Shown one piece after another: positions 18,535 through 29,189 of a DNA stretch of 64,000 bases (its first letter is position 1; every line of letters starts with the position of its first letter). The notes beneath the pieces were generated by a model that was not told the DNA's origin, did not search any database, and worked only from the letters and a program-made list of their open reading frames with translations. A program made the translations under genes and the position numbers. Source of the DNA: an uncultured Alphaproteobacteria bacterium (GTDB lineage: Bacteria; Bacteroidota; Ignavibacteria; Palsa-1295). Location: assembly GCA_964404255.1 (NCBI GenBank), contig CAYOJJ010000007.1, positions 11,659 to 75,658 of the forward strand, written 5' to 3'.

Positions 18535-18566
18535 GAACGCATTCCGTATTCGTTCAAAATCGAAAT

Positions 18567-19070
18567 ATGGGACTTTTAAATAAATATGATAATCCGTTCG
18601 ATAGCGGTAATATCGTTATTACCGGTGTTGATACTCTTTTAAATTGGGCGCGCCTATCGAGCCTTTGGATGATGGGCTTTGGCTTGGCCTGTTGTGCTAT
18701 CGAAATGATGGCAGCATCGGCCTCGCACTATGACATCGGCCGTTTCGGGGTTATCCCGCGTCCGAGCCCGCGCCAATCGGATATCATGATCATCTCGGGT
18801 ACCGTTACGCTAAAAATGGCAACCCGCACCAAGATCTTATATGAGCAGATGCCCGATCCGAAGTACATTCTTTCGATGGGTTCGTGCTCGAATTGTGGCG
18901 GTCCGTACTGGGAGCATGGTTATCATGTTCTTAAAGGGGTCGATCGGGTGATTCCGGTCGATGTCTATATTCCCGGCTGTCCGCCGCGTCCGGAAGCACT
19001 GCTTGAAGGACTCATGAAGCTTCAGGAAAAAGTGCGTCGTCAATCAGTAGCCCAATCCGCCCTGAGCTAA
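18567..19070 (+). CDS. nuoB: NADH-quinone oxidoreductase subunit B
   Basis: [20 protein letters not shown] and GCPP cluster-N2 cysteine motifs. Confidence 0.9.
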   Translation: MGLLNKYDNPFDSGNIVITGVDTLLNWARLSSLWMMGFGLACCAIEMMAASASHYDIGRFGVIPRPSPRQSDIMIISGTVTLKMATRTKILYEQMPDPKYILSMGSCSNCGGPYWEHGYHVLKGVDRVIPVDVYIPGCPPRPEALLEGLMKLQEKVRRQSVAQSALS

Positions 19071-19073
19071 ACC

Positions 19074-19574
19074 ATGACGAATAAAGATATATACGATAAG
19101 CTGAAAAAAGCCTATCCAAGCGCCATCGGCGATTGGAATGAGCAAACCGGCAGTGAGTACGCCAAAAAGACGAGCTCTTATGCCGATGTTACCGATCCTG
19201 GTGCATTGCATAGCATCTGCCTGTATTTGCGCGACGAAAGTGATCTTCAGTTTAACAATCTGAACTGCGTCTCCTGCGATGACAATGGCGATAAGACACT
19301 CTCGGCCGTCTATCATATGGAATCGACGATTCTCGGCCATTACTTTGCCTTAAAGGTGAAAGTACCGGTCGATCATGCCGTCGTTCCGAGCGTCACCGAT
19401 ATTTGGGCCAGTGCCAACTGGCATGAGCGCGAAGGCTGGGATATGATCGGCATTAAGTTCAGCGAACATCCCGATCTGCGCCGCATCCTGCTTGAAGAAG
19501 ATTGGGTAGGGCACCCGCTTCGCAAAGATTATAAGCATCCTGAGTTTTATCGAGGAATGAAAGTACCGTATTAA
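19074..19574 (+). CDS. nuoC: NADH-quinone oxidoreductase subunit C
   Basis: Conserved ...[16 protein letters not shown]... motif; position between nuoB and nuoD. Confidence 0.85.
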   Translation: MTNKDIYDKLKKAYPSAIGDWNEQTGSEYAKKTSSYADVTDPGALHSICLYLRDESDLQFNNLNCVSCDDNGDKTLSAVYHMESTILGHYFALKVKVPVDHAVVPSVTDIWASANWHEREGWDMIGIKFSEHPDLRRILLEEDWVGHPLRKDYKHPEFYRGMKVPY

Positions 19575-20779
19575 TGGCTGAAGTTCTTCAACGAAATCTG
19601 ACGACCGCACCGCTTCCGGTAAAAGTTGTCCCCGCCGAAAAGGTCGAAGGCAAGAATCGCCTGAAGACCGAAGAGATGGTGCTCAATGTAGGCCCCCAGC
19701 ATCCGTCAACGCACGGCGTGCTCCGCCTCGAAGCCGTTCTCGATGGCGAGCTCGTCATTGATGTTATTCCGTATCTTGGGTATCTACATCGCTGTTTTGA
19801 AAAGCATTGCGAAGCAATGACCTATCCACAGGTAGTGCCATACGTCGATCGTATGGATTACCTGGCCGCGATGAACTCCGAGCACGGTTATGCTCTGGCC
19901 GCCGAGCGATTGATGGGTATTGAAGTACCGGAAAAGGTCGAGTATATTCGCGTACTCTTCGCCGAGTTACAGCGTATTGCCTCGCATCTTATCGCTGTCG
20001 GTACGTTCGGCCTTGACGTTGGAGCTTTTACGCCCTTCCTCTATTGCTTCCGTGATCGCGAAGATATTCTCGAAATGTTCGAGAAGACCTGCGGTGCACG
20101 CTTGCTCTACAATTATATCTGGGTTGGCGGTCTTTCGCATGACTTACATCCTGATGTATTGCAAATGTGCCGCGACTTCGTAAAGAAGAATCGCGCTACG
20201 CACAAAGAAGTAAACGAACTTCTTACTTTCAATAAGATTTTTGTCGAGCGCACGGCCAACGTCGGTGTGCTCAAGCCGGATGTCGCTATTAACTGTGGCG
20301 CTTCGGGCCCGATGCTTCGCGGCTCGGGTATTAAGTGGGACTTGCGTCGCAATGATCCCTATTCTATCTACGACCGTTTCGAATTTGAAATCCCGGTCGG
20401 CGAAGGAATGATGGGCCAGGTCGGAGATTGCTTCGATCGTCATTGGGTCAGAATGCGCGAGTGGGAGCAATCGCTCAATATCATCGAGCAGATCCTCGAG
20501 CAATTCCCGCAGAACGACAAAACGGATGTACAGAAGGCGATTCCGAAACGCATTAAGCCAGCCGTCGGAGAAATCTATTCTCGTACGGAAAACCCGCGTG
20601 GTGAGCTTGGCTACTATATTGTTTCGAAGGATGAGATCAAGCCGTGGCGTGTAAAAGTACGCTCGCCAGCCTTCACCAATCTTGGGTTGTTGCCGATCAT
20701 ATCCCGTGGATACTTAATGGCGGATATGATCATTATCCTTGGCTCGATCGATATCGTGCTCGGGGAAGTAGATAGATAA
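19574..20779 (+). CDS. nuoD: NADH-quinone oxidoreductase subunit D
   Basis: 49-kDa subunit motifs (LNVGPQHPSTHGVLRL, RVKVRSPAF); TAATG overlap with nuoC. Confidence 0.9.
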   Translation: MAEVLQRNLTTAPLPVKVVPAEKVEGKNRLKTEEMVLNVGPQHPSTHGVLRLEAVLDGELVIDVIPYLGYLHRCFEKHCEAMTYPQVVPYVDRMDYLAAMNSEHGYALAAERLMGIEVPEKVEYIRVLFAELQRIASHLIAVGTFGLDVGAFTPFLYCFRDREDILEMFEKTCGARLLYNYIWVGGLSHDLHPDVLQMCRDFVKKNRATHKEVNELLTFNKIFVERTANVGVLKPDVAINCGASGPMLRGSGIKWDLRRNDPYSIYDRFEFEIPVGEGMMGQVGDCFDRHWVRMREWEQSLNIIEQILEQFPQNDKTDVQKAIPKRIKPAVGEIYSRTENPRGELGYYIVSKDEIKPWRVKVRSPAFTNLGLLPIISRGYLMADMIIILGSIDIVLGEVDR

Positions 20780-20837
20780 TAAGTGTTGATCCGGCCACCC
20801 GTATCGGTTCGGGTGGTCTTATTTTTCAGACGAACTG

Positions 20838-21932
20838 ATGTTTGACGGATTAAAAGAGTTGTTGGAGAGTCTTGTCGGGAAGGGAAATCTTGCCGATATT
20901 GTCTCTATCGTTATCTACTGTGCATTGCCGTTGGTGGTGATCCTGCTGTATGCACTCTTTGCCATCCTTGCTGAAATGAAGCTTTCGGCTTGGTTGCAGG
21001 ATCGTCTTGGTCCGATGCGCACAGGCCCTTACGGCATTCTTCAGCCGATCGCCGATATCTTGAAGCTTCTGCAGAAGGAAGATATTACGCCGGTCGAAGC
21101 CGATAAAAAGCTCTTCAATCTTTCGCCGTTCATCGTCTTTATCGGAAGTTATCTTGGTTTTGCCGTTCTTCCGTTCTCGGCAATGTATATCGGCGCCCGC
21201 TTAAATGTCGGTATTTTTTATCTCGTCGCTGTTAGCGGCTTGGTAGTAGTCGGTATTTTGATGGCTGGTTGGGGATCGAATAATAAATACTCCTTACTTG
21301 GCTCCATGCGTTCGGTTGCTCAGATTGTTAGCTACGAAATTCCGGCAGGCCTTGCTATCCTTTCGGTAGTAATGGTCGCGGGTTCAATGGATCTTCAAAC
21401 GATCTCCAAATTGCAGGAAGGTGGCATTCAGAACTGGTTCATCTTTGGCGGCCCAAAAAGCATTGCCGGTTTTGGCGGTCAGTATTCCTGGCTCCTGACG
21501 CCCTTAATGCTCGTCGCTTTTATTATTTACATTGTTGCTTCGCTGGCCGAAACGAACCGTGTACCGTTCGATATTCCTGAAGCGGAATCCGAACTTGTTG
21601 CCGGCTATCACACGGAATATTCGGCTATGAAATTTGCGCTCTTCTTCCTTGCCGAGTATGCCAATATGCTGGTTGTAAGCGCTATTGCTTCGGTGATCTT
21701 CCTTGGCGGTTGGAATTCTCCCTTTGGTGAATTCCTTGGCGGCCCCATTCTCGGAGTTGTGTGGTTTTTGGCGAAAGCCATCTTTTTCGTTATTGTTCAG
21801 ATCTGGATTCGTTGGACACTCCCACGCCTTCGCGTCGATCAATTAATGAATATCTGCTGGAAGGTGATGATACCGTTCGGAATGGCAACGGTACTCGTCG
21901 TTGGTACACTGGTAACCTTCCTGGTTCATTAA
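20838..21932 (+). CDS. nuoH: NADH-quinone oxidoreductase subunit H
   Basis: [35 protein letters not shown] motif; multiple TM helices. Confidence 0.9.
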   Translation: MFDGLKELLESLVGKGNLADIVSIVIYCALPLVVILLYALFAILAEMKLSAWLQDRLGPMRTGPYGILQPIADILKLLQKEDITPVEADKKLFNLSPFIVFIGSYLGFAVLPFSAMYIGARLNVGIFYLVAVSGLVVVGILMAGWGSNNKYSLLGSMRSVAQIVSYEIPAGLAILSVVMVAGSMDLQTISKLQEGGIQNWFIFGGPKSIAGFGGQYSWLLTPLMLVAFIIYIVASLAETNRVPFDIPEAESELVAGYHTEYSAMKFALFFLAEYANMLVVSAIASVIFLGGWNSPFGEFLGGPILGVVWFLAKAIFFVIVQIWIRWTLPRLRVDQLMNICWKVMIPFGMATVLVVGTLVTFLVH

Positions 21933-21938
21933 TAATGG

Positions 21939-22163
21939 ATGATAGGCCGGCGCTTGTCCTTCGGGTTGTTGTTTTTGCTCGGGACTGCAGCTGCAGCTCT
22001 CGGGTGGACTGATCTTACGATCGTCGGAATCCGGCTCGGCTTCTTAACGATCGTCGGACATACGTTGCAGGTGATCGGAATTTTCGGCGCCATGCTGGTG
22101 CCCGATAAAATAGTCGAACTGACGCCAGAAGAAATTGACGAAATGAGAGATGATATATTGTAA
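21939..22163 (+). CDS. Possible small two-TM membrane protein (74 aa) inside the nuo operon
   Basis: Starts 7 bp after the nuoH stop; its stop overlaps the next ATG (TAAATG); hydrophobic. Could be spurious. Confidence 0.3.
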   Translation: MIGRRLSFGLLFLLGTAAAALGWTDLTIVGIRLGFLTIVGHTLQVIGIFGAMLVPDKIVELTPEEIDEMRDDIL

Positions 22164-22727
22164 ATGAAGACAATAAGATCGATCTTTTTTATAGTAGCAG
22201 TACTGCTCGTTTGTGCAGAAGCTCAGGCGGGTGGGACAACCGTGTTTTCCGATAGTTATAAGGAAATATCGGTATCCTTGCCATCGTCCTGGTTCGGTAA
22301 AACCGAAGGCGATACCAGCAAAACGCTGCAGCTTTTCGTTTCGCGCGAAAAGATAGAGAAGCCAACCGATATGTTTCAGGTCGGAATGACGGCGACGAAG
22401 GTCAGAAATATGTCAAAGGTTGTCGATAAGATCAAAGCCGATAGCCAGATCGCCATCCTGTGGGTCAATGCATCTCGCGATGCAGAAAAGAATCTGACCA
22501 AAGCCGAAGAAAAGCAGATCGTTGGATTCAGAAATGGAATCTATGGCGGATTCCTGCGCGAAGTAGTCTTTCAGCCGAAGCCGGAAGTGCCGGCTATCCA
22601 TAAACTGGAAGTGATATTGAGCGCTAACGATAATCTCATCGATATTGTCTTCGAAGCTCCGGAAACGGAATGGTCGAAGTATGAGACTATTTATAAAGAC
22701 GCCATAAAAAGTTTACATGTACAATAA
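22164..22727 (+). CDS. Hypothetical secreted protein (187 aa) inserted between nuoH and nuoI
   Basis: Signal peptide MKTIRSIFFIVAVLLVCAEAQA; no recognised domain. Confidence 0.5.
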   Translation: MKTIRSIFFIVAVLLVCAEAQAGGTTVFSDSYKEISVSLPSSWFGKTEGDTSKTLQLFVSREKIEKPTDMFQVGMTATKVRNMSKVVDKIKADSQIAILWVNASRDAEKNLTKAEEKQIVGFRNGIYGGFLREVVFQPKPEVPAIHKLEVILSANDNLIDIVFEAPETEWSKYETIYKDAIKSLHVQ

Positions 22728-22745
22728 GTCGCATCGAGCGATCCT

Positions 22746-23417
22746 ATGAGCGGATACTTTAAAGATATACAAGAAGGATTAGGTACGGCACTCAAAGGAA
22801 TGAGCATCGTGATGAAGCACTTGCTCAAACCAAAAGTGACGCGCCAATATCCGAACCCGGAAGATCGGTTCGCTTTGCCTGAAAGGGCTCGTAACCGTCT
22901 GTATGTCAATATGGACGATTGCATCGGCTGCGACCAATGTGCTCGCGCCTGTCCGGTCAATTGTATTACGATCGATACGGCCAAGGCCATTCCGGGTGAG
23001 AATCTTGGGACGACTTCCAGCGGCAAGAAAAAATCGCTTTGGGTTACACGCTTCGATATTGATATTGCCAAGTGTTGTTACTGTGGCCTTTGTACCTTCC
23101 CATGCCCGACCGAGTGTATCAGAATGACGGACGTTTTCGAATTCAGTGAATTCGACCGGGTGAATCTCATCTATAATTATGCTTCGATGACGGCTGAAGA
23201 AGCGGCTGTTCATGCGGCAAATGCAAAAAAAGATGAGGAGCGTTTAGCAATCGAGCGTGCGAAACAAGCGGAAGAAAAAGCGAAAGCTGCAGCCGCAGCT
23301 CCGCCGCCTGCTGCACCAAGCGCCCCGGCTGCTCCTGCTGCCGGTGGTGTAAAACCGCCGCCATTCATGGCAAAACCGGGTGGGCTAAAACCACCGCCGT
23401 TTCAGGCAAAACAGTGA
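22746..23417 (+). CDS. nuoI: NADH-quinone oxidoreductase subunit I (2x[4Fe-4S]) with an Ala/Pro-rich C-terminal tail
   Basis: CIGCDQCARACP and CCYCGLCTFPCP ferredoxin motifs; tail ...AAAAAPPPAAPSAPAAPAAGGVKPPPF... Confidence 0.85.
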   Translation: MSGYFKDIQEGLGTALKGMSIVMKHLLKPKVTRQYPNPEDRFALPERARNRLYVNMDDCIGCDQCARACPVNCITIDTAKAIPGENLGTTSSGKKKSLWVTRFDIDIAKCCYCGLCTFPCPTECIRMTDVFEFSEFDRVNLIYNYASMTAEEAAVHAANAKKDEERLAIERAKQAEEKAKAAAAAPPPAAPSAPAAPAAGGVKPPPFMAKPGGLKPPPFQAKQ

Positions 23418-23442
23418 TCGGTAATTCTTAAGAGTTGTTGTT

Positions 23443-24120
23443 ATGTTCGATTTGATCTTCTACATCTTCGGTATTATTACTCTTGCCGGTGCCATTGTCA
23501 CCGCAATGAATAAGAATATTGTCTACGCCGCCTTTGGCCTGCTCTTCACCTTTTTTGGAGTGGCTGGCCTGTATGTCATGGCGAATGCCGATTTTCTTGC
23601 CGTTACTCAGTTAATGGTGTATGTCGGCGGTATCTTAATTCTGCTGATCTTCGGTGTTATGCTTACTAACCGCATCGCCTCGGCGAACATTGTTGTCAAT
23701 TCGGGGCCAAAAGCAGTTGCCGGTATTCTTTCACTTGGTTTACTGGCTATTCTATTTGCCGCTTACTTCGGTTCCGGTTCAGAAGTAAAAGTAAAGACTC
23801 CGGACGGCAAAACGAAAACAGAATCTTCCTTTGTCACCTATAAGAGCAATCCCTGGAATCGCACTCCGCTTTGGAATAAAGATGCGAACGAACGAATTTT
23901 ATCGCAGAAGTACGGTACACCTTCGGAAATGAAGCATAACGAAGGATCGAGCGGTACTTCCAATGAGATCGGTACCTTATTTCTTACCGATTACCTCCTT
24001 CCGTTTGAAGTAGTCTCGGTGGTGCTGCTTGTTGCCCTTATCGGCGCAACCATGATCGCCCGTAAGGAGCCTACGCCGGAAGAAGAAGCGATCTCCGAAG
24101 CTTTAACCACGAACAGTTAA
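23443..24120 (+). CDS. nuoJ: NADH-quinone oxidoreductase subunit J (with ~70-aa hydrophilic insertion)
   Basis: TM profile and operon position; conserved C-terminal LVALIGATMIA. Confidence 0.8.
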   Translation: MFDLIFYIFGIITLAGAIVTAMNKNIVYAAFGLLFTFFGVAGLYVMANADFLAVTQLMVYVGGILILLIFGVMLTNRIASANIVVNSGPKAVAGILSLGLLAILFAAYFGSGSEVKVKTPDGKTKTESSFVTYKSNPWNRTPLWNKDANERILSQKYGTPSEMKHNEGSSGTSNEIGTLFLTDYLLPFEVVSVVLLVALIGATMIARKEPTPEEEAISEALTTNS

Positions 24121-24129
24121 TCGAAATCT

Positions 24130-24438
24130 ATGTCGATCGGACTCAACCATTTCCTTTTTATTAGCGCCGTGCTGTTCGTGCTGGGCGTGTACTCGATGCT
24201 TTCACGCCGTAATGTTATCGCCATCCTGATGGGTGTCGAGCTGATTCTCAATGCGGCTAATATCAATTTTATCGCTTTTAGCCGTTACGGTGGTATCAAT
24301 ATCGGCGGTCAACTGGCATCGATCTTTGTGATTGTTATTGCAGCAGCCGAAGCAGCCGTTGCGCTGGCGATCGTACTGAATATCTATAAGAATTTCAAAA
24401 CGGTCAATCCTTCGGAGGCCGATTCACTCAGGGATTAA
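24130..24438 (+). CDS. nuoK: NADH-quinone oxidoreductase subunit K
   Basis: ~100 aa, three TM helices, conserved GVELILNAANINF. Confidence 0.85.
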   Translation: MSIGLNHFLFISAVLFVLGVYSMLSRRNVIAILMGVELILNAANINFIAFSRYGGINIGGQLASIFVIVIAAAEAAVALAIVLNIYKNFKTVNPSEADSLRD

Positions 24439-24456
24439 CCGAACGAATAACAGACT

Positions 24457-26688
24457 ATGCACCAACTGATAGCACTATCGCTGGTAATTTTAGGACTGCC
24501 GCTGCTGTCGTTCCTGATCATTATTTTTAATCAGAAACGACTCAATCACAAAGCGCATCTGATCGGCTTACCGATCATGGGCACAGCGCTGGTATTGGCA
24601 CTCTACATCTGTTTTACCAAATTGTCGTCCATTGCCGATCCTATTAATTTTACCTTTAATTGGATCAGCTTTGGCAATGTCCCTGGAGTAGGGGAGTGGA
24701 TTATTACCTCCGGTGTAATGATCGATAACCTCACTGCTATCATGCTGGTGGTGGTTACTCTTATTTCATTCTTAGTGCATTTATTCTCGAGCGTGTACAT
24801 GCACGATGATATCAGATATAGCCGCTATTTTGCCTATCTCGGTATCTTCACCTTCTCGATGCTCGGTATCGTGCTTGGTAATAACCTCTTTTCCATCTAT
24901 ATTTTCTGGGAATTGGTAGGTTTTTCGAGCTACGCGCTTATTTCACATTGGTATGAGAAACCGGGCCCGCAGTATGCTTCCAAAAAAGCATTTATTGCAA
25001 ACCGTGTCGGTGACGTTGGTATGTGGACCGGTCTGATGATCATGTTCACGTCCTTCCATACGTTTGACTTTGGAAAGATCTTCGCGGCTATTCACAATGG
25101 TTTACCTCCAACGTTCAGCTTCCTTGGTATGAGTCCGGAAGCAACGTTGACGGCAGCAGGTATTTTAATTTTCTGTGGTGCTGTTGGTAAAAGCGCTCAA
25201 TTCCCATTGCACGTCTGGTTACCGGACGCAATGGAAGGCCCGACTCCGGTATCTGCACTTATCCATGCAGCAACGATGGTCGCCGCTGGTGTCTATCTTA
25301 CCTGTCGCATTTTCCCGATCCTTACCGGCGATGCCATGCTCGTCGTTGCGCTTGTCGGTGGGTTCACGAGTTTCCTTGCTGCTTCGATCGCTCTGACGCA
25401 GAACGATCTGAAAAAAGTACTGGCGTATTCCACTGTCTCGCAGTTGGGATATATGATCATGGCACTCGGTGTCGGTGCGTTCAGTGCCGGCTTCTTCCAT
25501 TTGGTAACGCATGCTATGTTCAAAGCCTGCCTCTTCCTCGGCTCGGGCTCGGTTATTCATGCGATGCATCATTCCCTGCATCATTTGCATGACCATCATA
25601 CCGATCCTCAGGATATGCGTAACATGGGTGGGTTGCGGAAGAAGATGCCCATTACGGCCGCGACCTTTATTATCGCTACACTTGCTATCAGCGGTATTCC
25701 GCTCATGTCAGGTTTTATGTCGAAGGATGAGATCCTTGCCGGAGCTACTGCTTATAGCTCATTACAGGGAGGTATTGCATCCGTTCTTCCATGGGTTGGT
25801 TTCGGTGTGGCAATGATGACGGCCTTCTATATGTGGCGTCAGGTCTTCATGACCTTCTTCGGTGAGCCGAAAATGCCGGAAGTGTATGCTCATATCCATG
25901 AGTCACCGAAAGCAATGACGATACCGCTTATTATTTTGGCATCGCTTTCTTTCTGGATTTGGTACGGTGGTAACCCGATCGATCCGGCCAATGGCTGGTT
26001 CATGAAGAAATGGGCTCCGACCCCGGCGCAGATCGTCCCGGCAGCTACCGCTCCGCATTTTGCTCATGCTGCAACCGGTGGCGAACACCCTGAAGCAGCA
26101 GCCGAGCATCATGAAGCGGCTGAAGGGCATGCTGCTGAAGCGATGCATACTGAAGCTACTACTGCTACTCATTATGAAATGATGGAGCATCAGGAAGTAC
26201 TCGAGCATAAAACGCACGAGGTTGCTTCTACCGGTATGCTTATCTCGATCATTGTTGCTCTGACCGGCATTGCTTTAGCATGGTTCTTATATATTAAGAA
26301 TACTGCTCTGGCCGGTAAGATCGCGACGGCCTTCAAGCCGCTCTATAAGTTTAGCTTGAATAAATGGTATATCGACGAACTCTATGAATTTGTATTTGTC
26401 GGTTCGTTCATGCTCATATCGAGGGGCTGTGTGTGGTTCGATTCCAATATTGTCGATGGTATCGTCAATGGAGTCGGTACGACGACTATTATGATCTCGA
26501 AAGTTGGCGGTTGGATCGATCGCTATATCGTCGATGGCCTTGTAAATCTTGTTGCCGGTGTATCGCAGATCATCGGATTATTCTTCCGCTCGTTCCAGAC
26601 CGGTAAGGTACAAACCTACCTGGCCTGGGCACTGGCCGGAATGATGATCGTTTTTGCTGCGCTCGCCTGGGGCATGAAATTAATGTAA
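24457..26688 (+). CDS. nuoL: NADH-quinone oxidoreductase subunit L (with His/Glu-rich insertion near the C-terminus)
   Basis: Antiporter-like subunit motifs (WLPDAMEGPTPVSALIHAATMV); insertion HFAHAATGGEHPEAAAEHHEAAEGHAAEAMHTEA... Confidence 0.9.
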   Translation: MHQLIALSLVILGLPLLSFLIIIFNQKRLNHKAHLIGLPIMGTALVLALYICFTKLSSIADPINFTFNWISFGNVPGVGEWIITSGVMIDNLTAIMLVVVTLISFLVHLFSSVYMHDDIRYSRYFAYLGIFTFSMLGIVLGNNLFSIYIFWELVGFSSYALISHWYEKPGPQYASKKAFIANRVGDVGMWTGLMIMFTSFHTFDFGKIFAAIHNGLPPTFSFLGMSPEATLTAAGILIFCGAVGKSAQFPLHVWLPDAMEGPTPVSALIHAATMVAAGVYLTCRIFPILTGDAMLVVALVGGFTSFLAASIALTQNDLKKVLAYSTVSQLGYMIMALGVGAFSAGFFHLVTHAMFKACLFLGSGSVIHAMHHSLHHLHDHHTDPQDMRNMGGLRKKMPITAATFIIATLAISGIPLMSGFMSKDEILAGATAYSSLQGGIASVLPWVGFGVAMMTAFYMWRQVFMTFFGEPKMPEVYAHIHESPKAMTIPLIILASLSFWIWYGGNPIDPANGWFMKKWAPTPAQIVPAATAPHFAHAATGGEHPEAAAEHHEAAEGHAAEAMHTEATTATHYEMMEHQEVLEHKTHEVASTGMLISIIVALTGIALAWFLYIKNTALAGKIATAFKPLYKFSLNKWYIDELYEFVFVGSFMLISRGCVWFDSNIVDGIVNGVGTTTIMISKVGGWIDRYIVDGLVNLVAGVSQIIGLFFRSFQTGKVQTYLAWALAGMMIVFAALAWGMKLM

Positions 26689-26727
26689 TATCTGTACCCC
26701 CGAAGAACCAAAGAAGGAATAAGATCA

Positions 26728-29157
26728 ATGAAAACCGTAACGATAGCTGTTGCAAGCATTCTCGCCATTATTATGGCGGCGGTTGCTCCTGCACAGACGG
26801 TTCAAAGTGTTTCTCCGGGGAAGAAAGCTGTTTTTGAACCTGGCTTTTTATATGTGAAATTTACGGCAAAGAGCCATATTAAATCTTACAATCTCGCTGT
26901 TGGAAAACCGACCGGGAATAAGGAATTAGATAACGTGTTGTCGGAGATCGGCGTAACGGAAATTCATGCGTTCGATCATGTAACGCGCGATAATGTTAAT
27001 GCCTGGGCTTTTGCTGCTGATAGAACTGCCGAGATCGAGATCAGAACAACTGAAAATCCCATTTCGCTTGAAGAGGCTGAGGCCAAATTACAGGCTCTTG
27101 GTGTCGTCGAGATCGCTGCGAGAAAAATGATCTTCCAACCCTGCGTTGTTATTCCTAACGATCAGGGTTACTCCTCCCAATGGGCATTACCAAAAATGCA
27201 ATTACCCCAAGCCTGGGATCTGAGCAAAGGTGATAGCAACGTTATTATTGCAGTACTCGATGAAGGAGTAAATTACCTCCATGAAGACCTCCAGAAAAAT
27301 CTGGCGATCAATTATGGGGAAATGGGCAAGGATAAGGACGGCAAAGATAAAGCTACCAACGGGATCGATGACGATAAGGATGGTAAGGTCGATAACTGGC
27401 GCGGCTGGGATCTCGCTGGAGGCAATGGGAGCCCGACAACTCTCGGAGATAATGATCCAATGCCCGGGCCCGGTGAAGGCCATGGTACGTTTGTAGCCGG
27501 TTGTGCTGCTGCAACACCCAATAATACTCTCGGAGTAGCCGGTACAGGATATAATTGCCATTATATGCCGGTTAAATGTACTGCCGATACCGGAAAGAAC
27601 GCCGGTAGTATCAATTATGGGTATTCCGGTATTTATTATGCAGCCACTCATGGAGCTCGGCTGATTAACTGTTCCTGGGGTGGGTCTGCCCAAGGCGCAA
27701 CGACCAACGATATTATTTATCTTCAAAGCTTTATTGATTCGGCCAATGCTCATGGAGCATTGGTTGTCGCCGCTGCAGGAAACGATGGAAAGAATACCGA
27801 TAATGAAGGCTTTATTCCGGCTTGCCTGAATAATCTTCTTTCGGTCGGTGCGACCCAGAAAAATACTCCAACTCAGGGAGATACAGTTATCGGCTTTTCC
27901 AATTATGGCCGACGCATCAAAGTATATGCGCCCGGTGGTGATATTTACTCTACCCAATTTCCGGGTACGAATAATTATGGATTTTCCGGCGGGACATCCT
28001 TTGCCTGTCCGCTCACGGCCGGTATTGCCGGGCTGGTATGGGCAAAATATCCGGAATGGTCCGGCTCTATCGTTACTGCACAGATCGTAAAAACCTGCGA
28101 TCCGATCTCTTTCCCAGCCGATAAAAATTTATATTGGGGAAGAGTGAATGCCTATAAAGCACTCGCTGCTCCGGTCGTCCCGGGCTTAGTGGTAAAAGGG
28201 TATTCGTTGGATGGTGTTCCGAATGGTACTATCGAATATCTTAATAAGGAATTTACAGTCACCGTAACTCTGAAGAATGTAGCTGCCAACTGGACTTTCA
28301 CCACGGCCAAACTTGCTTCAGACGATCTTTATGATGTAACACAGGGTACTTCTTCGCTCGGCAGTCTTTCGGCCGGTGCTCTTAAAACGGTTTCGTTCAG
28401 CTTCCAGCGTAATGGTAATGACGATGATGAAAATTTACCGTTGAAAATAGTATTAAGCGATGGAAATACGTATAGCGATACCGAATATGTGACTATACCT
28501 ATTACCGGCGATAATATTTACACAAAGCCACCGGTTGTTGCCCCGCAGAGCTATAGCATCGATGGTGTACCCAATGGCTCCCTGGAATATATCAATAAAA
28601 AATACCAATTAGATCTTTCCTTAAAAAATAGCGGCGGCCCGGCTTCTATAACAGCTATTCTTATCCCCCGAACGGGATATAGCATTCAGCAGGGAATATC
28701 GGCTCTCGGCAACATAGCAACCGAAGCTTCGAAGACGGCAATGTTCCAATTCACCCGCGATAGCAGTGACGACGGTCATTCGCTCCCGATGGATATTGCA
28801 ATATCCGATAATAACACTTATAAGGATACTATCCATTTAAATATTGCGATCACGGGTAATAAAGTACTGACCGATGCGGTCGCCACTACCCCGGCTATTT
28901 CCCCAAGAATGTATGTAATACCGAACCCGGCTATTAATTCAGCAAAACTAATGCTGAGCTTGCTGCGTGAGACAGATGTAACCCTGCGGATCACCGATCT
29001 TATGGGACGAACCATCAAGACGCTTACTCCCGGCGCTTTTGCCGAGGGGCAAAGTGAATATGAACTCCCCTTGGAAGGACTTTCCGGTGGAGTCTATATT
29101 CTTCATCTTGAAAGTTCGGCTGGCGAACACTACGTTACCCGTTTGGTATTGCAATAA
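26728..29157 (+). CDS. Subtilisin-like S8 serine peptidase with a C-terminal type-IX-secretion sorting domain, inserted between nuoL and nuoM
   Basis: Signal peptide; catalytic-site motifs HGTFVAG (His) and GTSFACPLTAG (Ser) (the Asp of the triad is presumably in AVLDEGV); Ca-binding-like DDDKDGKVDNW; C-terminal ...GVYILHLESSAGEHYVTRLVLQ. Confidence 0.85.
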   Translation: MKTVTIAVASILAIIMAAVAPAQTVQSVSPGKKAVFEPGFLYVKFTAKSHIKSYNLAVGKPTGNKELDNVLSEIGVTEIHAFDHVTRDNVNAWAFAADRTAEIEIRTTENPISLEEAEAKLQALGVVEIAARKMIFQPCVVIPNDQGYSSQWALPKMQLPQAWDLSKGDSNVIIAVLDEGVNYLHEDLQKNLAINYGEMGKDKDGKDKATNGIDDDKDGKVDNWRGWDLAGGNGSPTTLGDNDPMPGPGEGHGTFVAGCAAATPNNTLGVAGTGYNCHYMPVKCTADTGKNAGSINYGYSGIYYAATHGARLINCSWGGSAQGATTNDIIYLQSFIDSANAHGALVVAAAGNDGKNTDNEGFIPACLNNLLSVGATQKNTPTQGDTVIGFSNYGRRIKVYAPGGDIYSTQFPGTNNYGFSGGTSFACPLTAGIAGLVWAKYPEWSGSIVTAQIVKTCDPISFPADKNLYWGRVNAYKALAAPVVPGLVVKGYSLDGVPNGTIEYLNKEFTVTVTLKNVAANWTFTTAKLASDDLYDVTQGTSSLGSLSAGALKTVSFSFQRNGNDDDENLPLKIVLSDGNTYSDTEYVTIPITGDNIYTKPPVVAPQSYSIDGVPNGSLEYINKKYQLDLSLKNSGGPASITAILIPRTGYSIQQGISALGNIATEASKTAMFQFTRDSSDDGHSLPMDIAISDNNTYKDTIHLNIAITGNKVLTDAVATTPAISPRMYVIPNPAINSAKLMLSLLRETDVTLRITDLMGRTIKTLTPGAFAEGQSEYELPLEGLSGGVYILHLESSAGEHYVTRLVLQ

Positions 29158-29189
29158 CGATTGTACACAGACTATTTGATTAACGGACT

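Noticed and set aside
21504-22012. ORFs 21504-21842 (-) and 21761-22012 (+) overlapping the nuoH 3' end
   Set aside because: Embedded in or overlapping a strongly supported conserved CDS.
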